Assembly: GCA_041601615.1 (NCBI GenBank)
Contig: JBFIHX010000006.1
Coordinates: 96,001 to 160,000 of the forward strand
From: Thermoplasmatota archaeon
GTDB taxonomy: Archaea > Thermoplasmatota > E2 > JACPAO01 > JAHFTW01
Direction: 5' to 3'
Length of the DNA stretch: 64,000 nucleotides
Position numbers and translations under genes: made by a program. Positions 20,042-28,262 of the stretch are shown here, piece by piece. Below the pieces are notes generated by a model that worked only from the letters and a program-made list of their open reading frames with translations, was not told the DNA's origin and made no database searches. Position 1 is the first letter of the stretch; every line of letters begins with the position of its first letter.

Positions 20042-22179
20042 ACCGCGCCGTCCAAGTGCTCCTCGGACTGCTTTTGCTCTCTTCCGTAGCAGCCGTCGCC
20101 GTCACGAGTCTCCTTGCCGACGAAAGCCGCTCCGCCTTCCACCAGGACATCAATGATGTGTTTCTGGCCCCTCAGAGCACCGATGTGCGACGCCTCGGCA
20201 CCGGCCCCATGGCACTCGCCAACGAACCGACTCTGCAAGGAGCAACCATCGTCGTGTTGCACGCAGACACCAGCTACAGCACAGCCGAATTGGATGCCCT
20301 CGACAAGCACGTCCAAAATGGCGGCACGCTCGTGATTCTGGACACCCACAGCCGCGGCTCCAGCATCGCCGCCCGCCATGGCATCCTCTTCGAGCGGGTA
20401 CCCCTGGACGAACCACAAGGCTACACGACCGTCGAAGTCGACGGAACCAGCTTGAAAACCAGTACACGCAACGCCACCGCGCTCCTCATCACGCCAGAAA
20501 GCGACGCCGAAGTCCTCGCTTGGAGCACCCCCGAAAGCCACCTAGACCGCACCGGCGACGGCACCATCGACGAAGCCGACCCCAACGGCCCCTTCCCGCT
20601 CATTGCCCGCCTCAATCTCGGAGAAGGCACCATCTGGGCCATCGCCACCCCCGCCGCTTTCGACCCCAATGCCGAACACTTGCTCGACGAAGCCGCCTTG
20701 CGATCCCAAGCCTTCGGAGGCGCTTCACTCGCACTCATTGACGAAGGCCACATCCAAAGCGACGACCCACTCTTGCAAGCTGCGCGCGCCGCCTGGACCC
20801 TCGCCACCAATCCATGGCGCTGGATCATCCTCCCCGTGGCCGCCCTCGCCCTCGTAGCGGCCTTGCTTCCCGCAGAAATTCCCGGCCTGCGACCCCACAC
20901 CTTCAACCCCCGCATCCTACTTTCCAAGCTGCGCCAAGAAACCAGCTCCAGCACCCGCGCCCCCAGCGGCCTCACCGACCGCGGCCGCATCGCACTCGCA
21001 ACCTCCGCCACCCTCGTGCTCGCCAGCGTCGCCTTCGGCAGCCACCAAGCAACCTGGGCCGGCATCTTCCTGCTCGTACCAACCCTCGGCGCATTCTTCA
21101 TCCGACCCCCCGAAGCCACCGCCGTACGCTCCGTGAGCGCCCGCCGCATCCCCGAAGCCACCCCCGTGCGCGTCGACCTTCAAATCCAATTCAAAGGCAA
21201 CCGAGCCGGCATCGTCGTACAAGACGAACTACCCGGCTTCTTCGAGACCGAAGGCCAAGCGCTTCTACACCCGCGACGCCGCACCGAAGAACTGCACTAC
21301 AACGTCAGCCCCGCCCGCCTCGGCCGCTACCAAATCGGCCCCCTCAACGCCGAACGCAGCGACCCCCTAGGACTGCGCGTTCAAATCAACACCCTCGTAG
21401 AAGCCACCGACGTCCGCGTCACGCCTCGCCTCGAAGACACCCGCGACGCCCCCTTCAAGACCCGCATTCCCCAAATCATCAGCGGCGGCCATCAAGTCAA
21501 CCGCGCCGGCGGAGGCACCGAATTCCTGGCCCTGCGCGAATACCACACCGGCGACACCATGCGCATGGTCAACTGGAAAGCCAGCGCCCGCGCCAAGAAC
21601 CTCATGGTCAACCAACGCGTCCACGAAACCCCCCTCATCCTCACCATCATCGTCGACACCCGAGGCATCAGCGACCACGGCCCCGCCGATTCCACTCCCT
21701 TCGTACGCGCCGCCCGCAGCGCCGCCAGCATCGTCCAAGAAACCATTGCCGGCCGCGACCGCTGCCGCATCATCATCTACGGCAACGGCGTGCAGAAAGT
21801 CGAAGGACGCGGCGGCGACGTCCTCCACAAATTCCTCGAACACATGGCCGACACAAGAGCCCACGGCACCACATCCTTGCGCCACGTCGTGGACCAAATC
21901 CACACCGAACTTCGCAAAGGACAACCCGTGGTGTACGTCGGCGCCGGCGAAGACGACGACAGCGTCGAAACCGCCCTCGAAGTCATCCGACGCCGCGGCA
22001 GCCCCCTCCACGTGGTCATGCCCATGATCGAAGACCTCGGAGACCCCGAAACCCGCAGCGCCAGCCGCGACCAACACAAACTCGCCACCCGCCTGCGCGG
22101 CCGCGGCTTCCCAGTCTACGAACTCGAACCCAACCGACGCCTGGAGGACGCCTGGCGCATCCTGGAGGCCCCCGCATGA
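20038..22179 (+). CDS. DUF4350-like extracellular domain fused to DUF58 (VWA-associated) domain
   Basis: YSTAELDALDKHVQNGGTLVILD and ALIDEGH (DUF4350-like), TM segments, then GTEFLALREYHTGDTMRMVNWKASARAKNLMV (DUF58). ATGA overlap with the upstream gene. Confidence 0.85.
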   Translation: MNRAVQVLLGLLLLSSVAAVAVTSLLADESRSAFHQDINDVFLAPQSTDVRRLGTGPMALANEPTLQGATIVVLHADTSYSTAELDALDKHVQNGGTLVILDTHSRGSSIAARHGILFERVPLDEPQGYTTVEVDGTSLKTSTRNATALLITPESDAEVLAWSTPESHLDRTGDGTIDEADPNGPFPLIARLNLGEGTIWAIATPAAFDPNAEHLLDEAALRSQAFGGASLALIDEGHIQSDDPLLQAARAAWTLATNPWRWIILPVAALALVAALLPAEIPGLRPHTFNPRILLSKLRQETSSSTRAPSGLTDRGRIALATSATLVLASVAFGSHQATWAGIFLLVPTLGAFFIRPPEATAVRSVSARRIPEATPVRVDLQIQFKGNRAGIVVQDELPGFFETEGQALLHPRRRTEELHYNVSPARLGRYQIGPLNAERSDPLGLRVQINTLVEATDVRVTPRLEDTRDAPFKTRIPQIISGGHQVNRAGGGTEFLALREYHTGDTMRMVNWKASARAKNLMVNQRVHETPLILTIIVDTRGISDHGPADSTPFVRAARSAASIVQETIAGRDRCRIIIYGNGVQKVEGRGGDVLHKFLEHMADTRAHGTTSLRHVVDQIHTELRKGQPVVYVGAGEDDDSVETALEVIRRRGSPLHVVMPMIEDLGDPETRSASRDQHKLATRLRGRGFPVYELEPNRRLEDAWRILEAPA

Positions 22180-22679
22180 GAGCAGCATACATCGCAGTCC
22201 CCGTCGCCGCCACCGCCGCGACCCTCACCCGATGGCCCGACTTGTGGCTCGGACTCGCCGCGACCTTGCTCGCGATCACATGGATTGCAAGTACACTCCT
22301 AGGCTCCACAAAACCTCGCTTCCAGGGCATAGGCCCCGTCAGCGCCATCGCACTCGCCCTCCTGCCCACTGCCCCCGACGCCGTCTTGCCCATCGGAGGC
22401 ATCTTCATCGGCGGCGCCATCGGCTTTGCCTTACTTTCCGCCCTTCCCCCGCGTCATGAAGGCGTGCACGCCCGCCCCGGATTCGGCGCCTGGATTCCCG
22501 TGCTCGGCGTCACCGCCGCGCTCATCCTCCCACTCCTCGTCCCCCTGCTGTTTGGCCCCGATCGACTCGGCGCCATGGTCGACCGAACCGCCCCAGCGCA
22601 AATTGCAGTCGTCGCAGCCCTGCTTGCCCTCGCCGCAACCGGATTCGTCCTCTTGACTCGCAAGGAAGTGACCGCATGA
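22176..22679 (+). CDS. Multi-pass membrane protein (MoxR operon)
   Basis: C-terminal part of ORF 20814..22679, from MRAAYIAVPV. About 5-6 hydrophobic segments. ATGA overlaps on both sides. Confidence 0.8.
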   Translation: MRAAYIAVPVAATAATLTRWPDLWLGLAATLLAITWIASTLLGSTKPRFQGIGPVSAIALALLPTAPDAVLPIGGIFIGGAIGFALLSALPPRHEGVHARPGFGAWIPVLGVTAALILPLLVPLLFGPDRLGAMVDRTAPAQIAVVAALLALAATGFVLLTRKEVTA

Positions 22680-25156
22680 ACCAAGCTCGAACCGCCACGC
22701 CCGGCACCCCAGGCATCCTGCTTCTGGTGGCCCTCGTAGCCCTCACCGGACTCGCCACCATCGTTCCCGCACAGGTCATTCCCAACCCGCTCACCATCGA
22801 CGAAATCCAGTACAAAGACGACACCCAGCCATTCTTCACCAACGGCCCCGACGAACCAGACGACGAACGGACCGCGCACGACGCCCGCGTCATCATCACC
22901 GTCGCCAACCATGGCAACCGCCCCAGCCTTGCCTACACGCTGACACTGTACTGGCAGACACGCGACGGCGAACAACGCAACCTCATCAACGGCAACGAAT
23001 CGGAGCCATCCAGCAGCAGCAGCGGCGACCCAATCCAACAAGGCCGATTCTTCGTACACAACTTTGACTGGACACCCCAGCCGGAACAACTGGGCGAAGG
23101 CGCCCTCGTAGTCGAAATACGGGAAACCACCCAATTCGAAATCGTACGCAACGACGTGTTCATCGCAGAACACAAAATCGCCCTCGCCACCAACCCAGCT
23201 CCCCTAGAAATTGGACCCGACCAGATTCTCTCGCTGCCGATCCAATTCAAAAATCAAGGCAACATCGACGAGCACGCTTACTGGTTCATCCTCCAAGGCC
23301 ACACCCGGCTCAATGTATGGTTCCAGGACGCCGAAGCCAACTATCCACAGGGCACCAGCCAACAGATTCTGTTTGTCGAATATCCCTTCCAAGGCACACT
23401 CACGGACGTCGACGACATTCGCATCCGCATCCAGGCCCGCACCGAATCAGGACTGAGCCTTTCCTTGTTCACTCCCGAAATCGACATCCGCAACGCCGAG
23501 ATTCCACCGCCACCCTCCATGAGCGTCGACGGGCCCCCACAAGACGTGTTCGTCAACCCAGGAGGAACCGGAACTGCCTCCTTCGTCCTCACCAACACCG
23601 GCCCCAACGCCGACACATTCTCCTTCAGCGTCCCCTCCACAGTCGGAGGCTGGGAAATCGGCACCCCCACCATCGGCGGCAACGCCGTCCAGTCCGTAGC
23701 CCTACCCAGCGGCGCCAAAACCACCGTAGACGTCACGGTTCGCCCCTTGACCGGCGTCGACCGAGTCACCACGTTGCGTCTCACCGCCACAGCACGCTCG
23801 GGCATCACCGACAGCGGCGACGCCGTTCTGAAACTCGCCGGAGCCCACCCCCTCGTCACGCACTTGCAATTCGTGGATGCCGCGCTCTACAAGGGCGAAG
23901 ACGCCCTGCTCTCCGTTGCCTACGAAAATGCCGGCAACGCCATCCTCCCGTCCTCCACTCTCACCCTCCGCGTCACCTACGCAGACGGCACCATTGGCTC
24001 CCGCATCGTGGATATTGCGCCCATCGAAGCCGGGCGATCTCGCGTCCAAAGAATCTCGGTAGGAGACGCCCTGGCGCCCGGCCCGGCCACGCTGGAAGCG
24101 ACTTTGTTTGCAAGCAGCGGCGTCGAAGCAAGTGTCGCCAACAACGGATTCGTGCGCCTTGCCGCCCTCCGCCTCGACAATGCACACCCCTTGCCCGGAT
24201 TCCCAGGTGAATCCGTTCGCTACCATACGCCCCCGCACGCCTTCAAGGTCATCAACGAGGGCAACATCGCGGAAGTGATCGACCTCACCATCACAGGCGC
24301 GGAGATGATTGGCCAAGCCCAACGAACCCTGGAAGTGGGCCAAAGCATCACCGTAGCCGTGACCCAAGCCATCCCCAGCTCCATCGGGGACCGTGCCTAC
24401 TACGATGTCACCCTTACCGCAGCCCTTCGTGATGCGCCCTCGCACATCCAAGCCGGCAGCGTTCGAACGCCGGTCCGAGACAGCATGCTCCCAAGCGTCG
24501 CATGGATCAAAGTCCCTGCAACCATCCTCCAATACACAGACGCGCCGGTGTTTGTGAGCGCCACGGACGACACCTTCATTTCCACGGTCTGGGTCGAATT
24601 GACCCCCGCCGACCCGGGCGCCCCAGGCGCTCCGGCACCCTACACGCTCACCCTGCACCCTGGCGCCACAGACTGGTTTGGCCTCGTGGACGTTGGTGCG
24701 CCGGCAACCTACCAAATCACGCCATTCGCCGAGGACGCATACGGCAACGTGGGCAAAGGCGAAGCCCGAGAACTCAAAGTTCTAGCGCCGGAAGATGCCC
24801 CGATCATCCCCGACTTGGAACTCACGGTGGACGTCAAGAACATCACCAACAAAGGTGCCCAGATTGTCGTGCGGACCCCCGAATCCCTCGCCAGGGTCGT
24901 CATCGACGGCAACGAGACCGAGCACACCATCACGGACGGGCAAAAGTCCATTGATCTCCTGCTTGCCCCCGGCAACCACACCGTCAACGTCACCGTGACC
25001 CGGGGCGCCGAGACCATCATCCGCAACGCATCCATTGAAATCCCACAACCCGAAGATGCCCCCGGTGCGTGGGCACGCTTCACACCAACCATCCACCCGA
25101 TAGTCGCCCTGGCGGTTTTGTTTTGGGCCGCCCTGGTGATGCGGCGTACAAAATAA
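22676..25156 (+). CDS. Secreted CARDB/NEW3-like Ig-domain surface protein with C-terminal anchor
   Basis: Signal peptide. Repeated (V/F)xNxGN/NTG Ig motifs (VANHGN, FKNQGN, LTNTGPN, YENAGN, INEGN). Tail TPTIHPIVALAVLFWAALVMRRTK. Confidence 0.82.
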   Translation: MNQARTATPGTPGILLLVALVALTGLATIVPAQVIPNPLTIDEIQYKDDTQPFFTNGPDEPDDERTAHDARVIITVANHGNRPSLAYTLTLYWQTRDGEQRNLINGNESEPSSSSSGDPIQQGRFFVHNFDWTPQPEQLGEGALVVEIRETTQFEIVRNDVFIAEHKIALATNPAPLEIGPDQILSLPIQFKNQGNIDEHAYWFILQGHTRLNVWFQDAEANYPQGTSQQILFVEYPFQGTLTDVDDIRIRIQARTESGLSLSLFTPEIDIRNAEIPPPPSMSVDGPPQDVFVNPGGTGTASFVLTNTGPNADTFSFSVPSTVGGWEIGTPTIGGNAVQSVALPSGAKTTVDVTVRPLTGVDRVTTLRLTATARSGITDSGDAVLKLAGAHPLVTHLQFVDAALYKGEDALLSVAYENAGNAILPSSTLTLRVTYADGTIGSRIVDIAPIEAGRSRVQRISVGDALAPGPATLEATLFASSGVEASVANNGFVRLAALRLDNAHPLPGFPGESVRYHTPPHAFKVINEGNIAEVIDLTITGAEMIGQAQRTLEVGQSITVAVTQAIPSSIGDRAYYDVTLTAALRDAPSHIQAGSVRTPVRDSMLPSVAWIKVPATILQYTDAPVFVSATDDTFISTVWVELTPADPGAPGAPAPYTLTLHPGATDWFGLVDVGAPATYQITPFAEDAYGNVGKGEARELKVLAPEDAPIIPDLELTVDVKNITNKGAQIVVRTPESLARVVIDGNETEHTITDGQKSIDLLLAPGNHTVNVTVTRGAETIIRNASIEIPQPEDAPGAWARFTPTIHPIVALAVLFWAALVMRRTK

Positions 25157-25216
25157 AATACAAATGTACCCATCGTAGCTAATTTCTTGAAATACCAAGA
25201 AGCTGATGGGCCCGAT

Positions 25217-25474
25217 ATGGTGTGGTGCCTGTGGAATCCTAGATGCTTGTTTTTCGCTATGCTTTGTACATTCACCCTCATCCCGAGCGCGCAGGCACAC
25301 TGCGACCCTACGGCAAATCCTCTATATGTGGCACAACAGCTTCCGATTCACGAACTCACAGGCGGACCGGGCATGGTATGCGACCCCGTTTTCAAGCAAT
25401 TCCCTGTGCCCAATCTAGAGTGTTACTGCCCCCTACCTGGCGGAGCTCCCGACCCCATACACATCTGCACCTGA
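25217..25474 (+). CDS. Small secreted Cys/Pro-rich peptide
   Basis: ATG at 25217, about 25 nt after an AT-rich element. Hydrophobic leader ending SAQA. Predicted 58-aa mature peptide with 5 Cys. The stop lies 2 nt before the next ATG. Confidence 0.6.
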   Translation: MVWCLWNPRCLFFAMLCTFTLIPSAQAHCDPTANPLYVAQQLPIHELTGGPGMVCDPVFKQFPVPNLECYCPLPGGAPDPIHICT

Positions 25475-25476
25475 AC

Positions 25477-27015
25477 ATGCGCATCCAGATTCTCCTCGCC
25501 ATTGTCGTACTTCTCGCCCCCACAGCGTTGGCTTCCATCACAGATGAAGAGAATGTCGTCGCAATTAATATTGATGGCTTTGTTAGTTTTTACTCCACAG
25601 AACTATACATGGATACCAGAGGAATAGGTGAAGTGGAGAGGAATTTCTTGGTAGAGTCTGAAAGTATCAGAGTGGAGTTGGATAATAAATACATTGAGGG
25701 GCACGATTATGGAATAACATCACAGGGCAATTATACCCAAACTGTTCTTTATGATGGCCCCGGCCAATTGACATCTGGCCCAACACATGATAATCACAGG
25801 ATTACGTTGGTATCTCAAGATTCCATCGTGAACTTCAACTCGGATGGCTTCAATGCAACTTTGCGAGAGGGGCACACAATTACGAGGGCCGCACCAGCGG
25901 GCACCAACCGCTCCGATGAAGTTTTTTACTTTGGACCCACGTTTGCAGCGACAGGTTTGCATGGATCGGTTCAAATTACAGGCAATTTTAGCTTTATTTT
26001 GCGCGATTGGGATGGCGTATTGAATACACCTGAGACTCAAATCGATTTTTGGACTGGCGTCCGGCGTGAAGTGAGCGCCGAAATGAAGCCAGTGCAAGAA
26101 ACCATTCCCGACGATATTCAGGAGGACATTCCAGACCCCAATCCCCTTTACTATGGCGGCACTGTGGAAACACAAATTGCTTTTGTATACGTAACAAATG
26201 GGACAATGACATTTGATATCATAGATGAAGAGGCTGGTTCGGCTTATGTTTTCAATAAAGTAGCAGGCGAGGCTTTTGGAAGATTTGATAGCTACCAATT
26301 TAGCTATTACCAATACTTGGGCTTATCAGACTCTAAAAATGGTAATTACTCAACAATTATTCAAGCACCAAGAGATAATGAATTAACTATTGATCTTAAG
26401 CCATTTAAGAAGCCCCTGGGTCAAAATGAGGCAACGCCAGGCACAAGCACCGAAGAAAACAAGGATGATTCCAACCCCGGTTCGCAACCAACCCCCGCCC
26501 CAGTGGAATTGATCGACACCAAGAGCAGCCCAACACCACAAATTCCCTCAGGGGGCATCACCCCATACATTTGGTGGGCCTTGTTGGCTGCCACACCCAT
26601 CCCGCTGGCAATCCTGCGCTTCACCCGCCCCATCGTTCGCATCCGCAAGCTGGAGGACGCCTATGACCTCTCCTTGTACGCCTACGTTCTCGACCGCGCC
26701 CCACAATTGCTGTCGTCCCGCCGGTTTGGCGCCCGGGCCAGCCTGATGTACGCCATCGCACTGTTGGAAAAGAAGGGCCCTGAAGCAGCCGAATCGCACC
26801 TCATGTCCTCCCGGCCACGCAACCGACCCACGGGCGCCACGCTGGATTACCTCATGGCACGGGTTCGAGCCGCGCAGACGCGCTTCGATGAGGCCCGCAT
26901 CCATGTTCGAGCCTGCATCCAGGCAGAGCCGGCATTCATCATGGAGATCAATCGCAACGCAACGCTGGAGTTCCTGTCCCACGCGCCAAGCGACCCTGAC
27001 GAGGGCTACTCATGA
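25477..27015 (+). CDS. Single-pass membrane protein: signal peptide, beta-rich ectodomain, TM, cytoplasmic TPR-like domain
   Basis: Starts MRIQILLAIVVLLAPTALA. Pro/Thr linker, TM YIWWALLAATPIPLAIL. TPR-like helices ASLMYAIALLE and DYLMARVRAAQTRFDEARIHVRACIQAEP. Confidence 0.8.
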   Translation: MRIQILLAIVVLLAPTALASITDEENVVAINIDGFVSFYSTELYMDTRGIGEVERNFLVESESIRVELDNKYIEGHDYGITSQGNYTQTVLYDGPGQLTSGPTHDNHRITLVSQDSIVNFNSDGFNATLREGHTITRAAPAGTNRSDEVFYFGPTFAATGLHGSVQITGNFSFILRDWDGVLNTPETQIDFWTGVRREVSAEMKPVQETIPDDIQEDIPDPNPLYYGGTVETQIAFVYVTNGTMTFDIIDEEAGSAYVFNKVAGEAFGRFDSYQFSYYQYLGLSDSKNGNYSTIIQAPRDNELTIDLKPFKKPLGQNEATPGTSTEENKDDSNPGSQPTPAPVELIDTKSSPTPQIPSGGITPYIWWALLAATPIPLAILRFTRPIVRIRKLEDAYDLSLYAYVLDRAPQLLSSRRFGARASLMYAIALLEKKGPEAAESHLMSSRPRNRPTGATLDYLMARVRAAQTRFDEARIHVRACIQAEPAFIMEINRNATLEFLSHAPSDPDEGYS

Positions 27016-27506
27016 TGTTCCTAGCCGGCACCCGAAACGGTCGGGAAACGCGCAAACGCATCGTCGAAGCGGTGCGAGAAAACCCTGGCGTCAACAAGAG
27101 CGACTTGGCGCGTATGCTTGGCCATTCCTGGGGCACCATGAGCCACCACATCCAGAGCCTAGCGCGACGAGGCGACCTGCGCCCCTTCCGCGACGGCCGA
27201 GAACTGTTGTTGTTTCCTCCAGACATTCCCGGTAGCCGTCTTCGTCAACTGGCGGCCATGCAAGGCGACGTTCCAGTGGAGATTTTGCAGCATCTAACGC
27301 GCAGCGAGCGTGGCATCCAGGAACTTTGTACGCTCTTGGGCCGTAGCCGTAAAGTTGTCCGTCGCACGTTGCAGGACATGGACGACGCAGGCCTTGTGGG
27401 TCGCGGCCCTGGCCTGCACGGCAAATTCTTCCTTCGCGACCAGAATTGGGGGAAGCTCGTGGAGTCTCCGCATGTGCCTCTTGAGCTGCTTGACGGCCGA
27501 CGCTGA
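27012..27506 (+). CDS. Double winged helix-turn-helix transcriptional regulator (archaeal ArsR/MarR-like)
   Basis: RKRIVEAVRENPGVNKSDLARMLGHSWGTMSHHIQSL plus a second wHTH GIQELCTLLGRSRKVVRRTLQDMDDAGLV. ATGA overlap with the upstream gene. Confidence 0.88.
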   Translation: MMFLAGTRNGRETRKRIVEAVRENPGVNKSDLARMLGHSWGTMSHHIQSLARRGDLRPFRDGRELLLFPPDIPGSRLRQLAAMQGDVPVEILQHLTRSERGIQELCTLLGRSRKVVRRTLQDMDDAGLVGRGPGLHGKFFLRDQNWGKLVESPHVPLELLDGRR

Positions 27507-27514
27507 CCGCACCG

Positions 27515-27523
27515 GTTATATCA
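27515..27523 (+). promoter_or_regulatory. Putative TATA box upstream of the structured leader and tRNA-Val
   Basis: GTTATATCA is the only AT-rich element between the wHTH stop and the tRNA. Confidence 0.5.
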
Positions 27524-27541
27524 GGGACTCGAGTGGCCGGC

Positions 27542-27633
27542 TTCGTCCCCGGAGACGGAGACGAAATGGCCCGTTTTGGCGGGCTAGAAGCACCCGTCGT
27601 TCGCCGTTCGCGGCGGACATGCGGAGGCAAGCA
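27542..27633 (+). ncRNA. Candidate structured RNA or long structured leader upstream of tRNA-Val
   Basis: Three consecutive hairpins: TTCGTC..GACGAA, GCCCG..CGGGC, GTTCGCCG-TTCG-CGGCGGAC. Confidence 0.35.
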
Positions 27634-27637
27634 CCAT

Positions 27638-27711
27638 GGGTCCGTGGTCTAGCTGGTTATGACATCGCCTTGACATGGCGAAGATCGCCGATTCGAATTC
27701 GGCCGGACCCA
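27638..27711 (+). tRNA. tRNA-Val(GAC)
   Basis: GGGTCCG acceptor stem pairs with CGGACCC-A. D-loop AGCTGGTTA, anticodon arm TCGCC-TTGACAT-GGCGA, T-loop TTCGAAT. Followed by a T-rich tract. Confidence 0.95.
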
Positions 27712-27858
27712 CTCCTTTTCTTCTTGAGCGCAAGCGCGATTGGCGCCTGCGATTTGATTGCGCCGATCTGCCAATTTAGGGCTGCCCAAGGTTCTTGTGT
27801 CGCGGCAGAGGCTGCCGCATTCGGCGGGTTTTATGCGGGCAGGCATCCATTGGTAGGC

Positions 27859-28200
27859 ATGTTCGACTCGGATTCATGGGCTAGGATCAAGGCAAGGGCG
27901 TTCAACGGACGCGACTTGGACACATTCGTGTCCGGCATGGCCCACGACACGAGATGCCTACGAGACGGCGAGCTTTTGGGCGAGGGCCCCGAAGCAATCC
28001 GGGATGGCATTGAGGCCGAGTACCGCACCCGAGATCCCGTCGTGCGGCTCTTGAACGTGGACGGCGCTCGGGTGTTTGCAGAATGCAGCAAAGAGGGTCG
28101 TGGCGTGGACGGAGTTTTGCGCTTCGTGGTGGAGGAAGACCATGTGCGGGAGTTCCACATCGAGCATGGGCCCTTGCTTCTGGAAGGGACGCCCGAGTAG
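27859..28200 (+). CDS. NTF2/SnoaL-like fold protein
   Basis: From MFDSDSW: AFNGRDLDTF...GEGPEAIR...RFVVEEDHVREF. TTTTAT about 25 nt upstream. Confidence 0.7.
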   Translation: MFDSDSWARIKARAFNGRDLDTFVSGMAHDTRCLRDGELLGEGPEAIRDGIEAEYRTRDPVVRLLNVDGARVFAECSKEGRGVDGVLRFVVEEDHVREFHIEHGPLLLEGTPE

Positions 28201-28262
28201 GCGTTCCGCTCCAAGCTGCGTACCTGGCGTGATGCCTACAACCCGTGGGCATTGCTTCGGCG

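Noticed and set aside
27540-27570. Hammerhead ribozyme suggested by GACGAAA
   Set aside because: No CUGANGA core upstream.
25157-27711. Genomic island integrated at tRNA-Val
   Set aside because: No integrase and no duplicated tRNA 3' end were found in the window.
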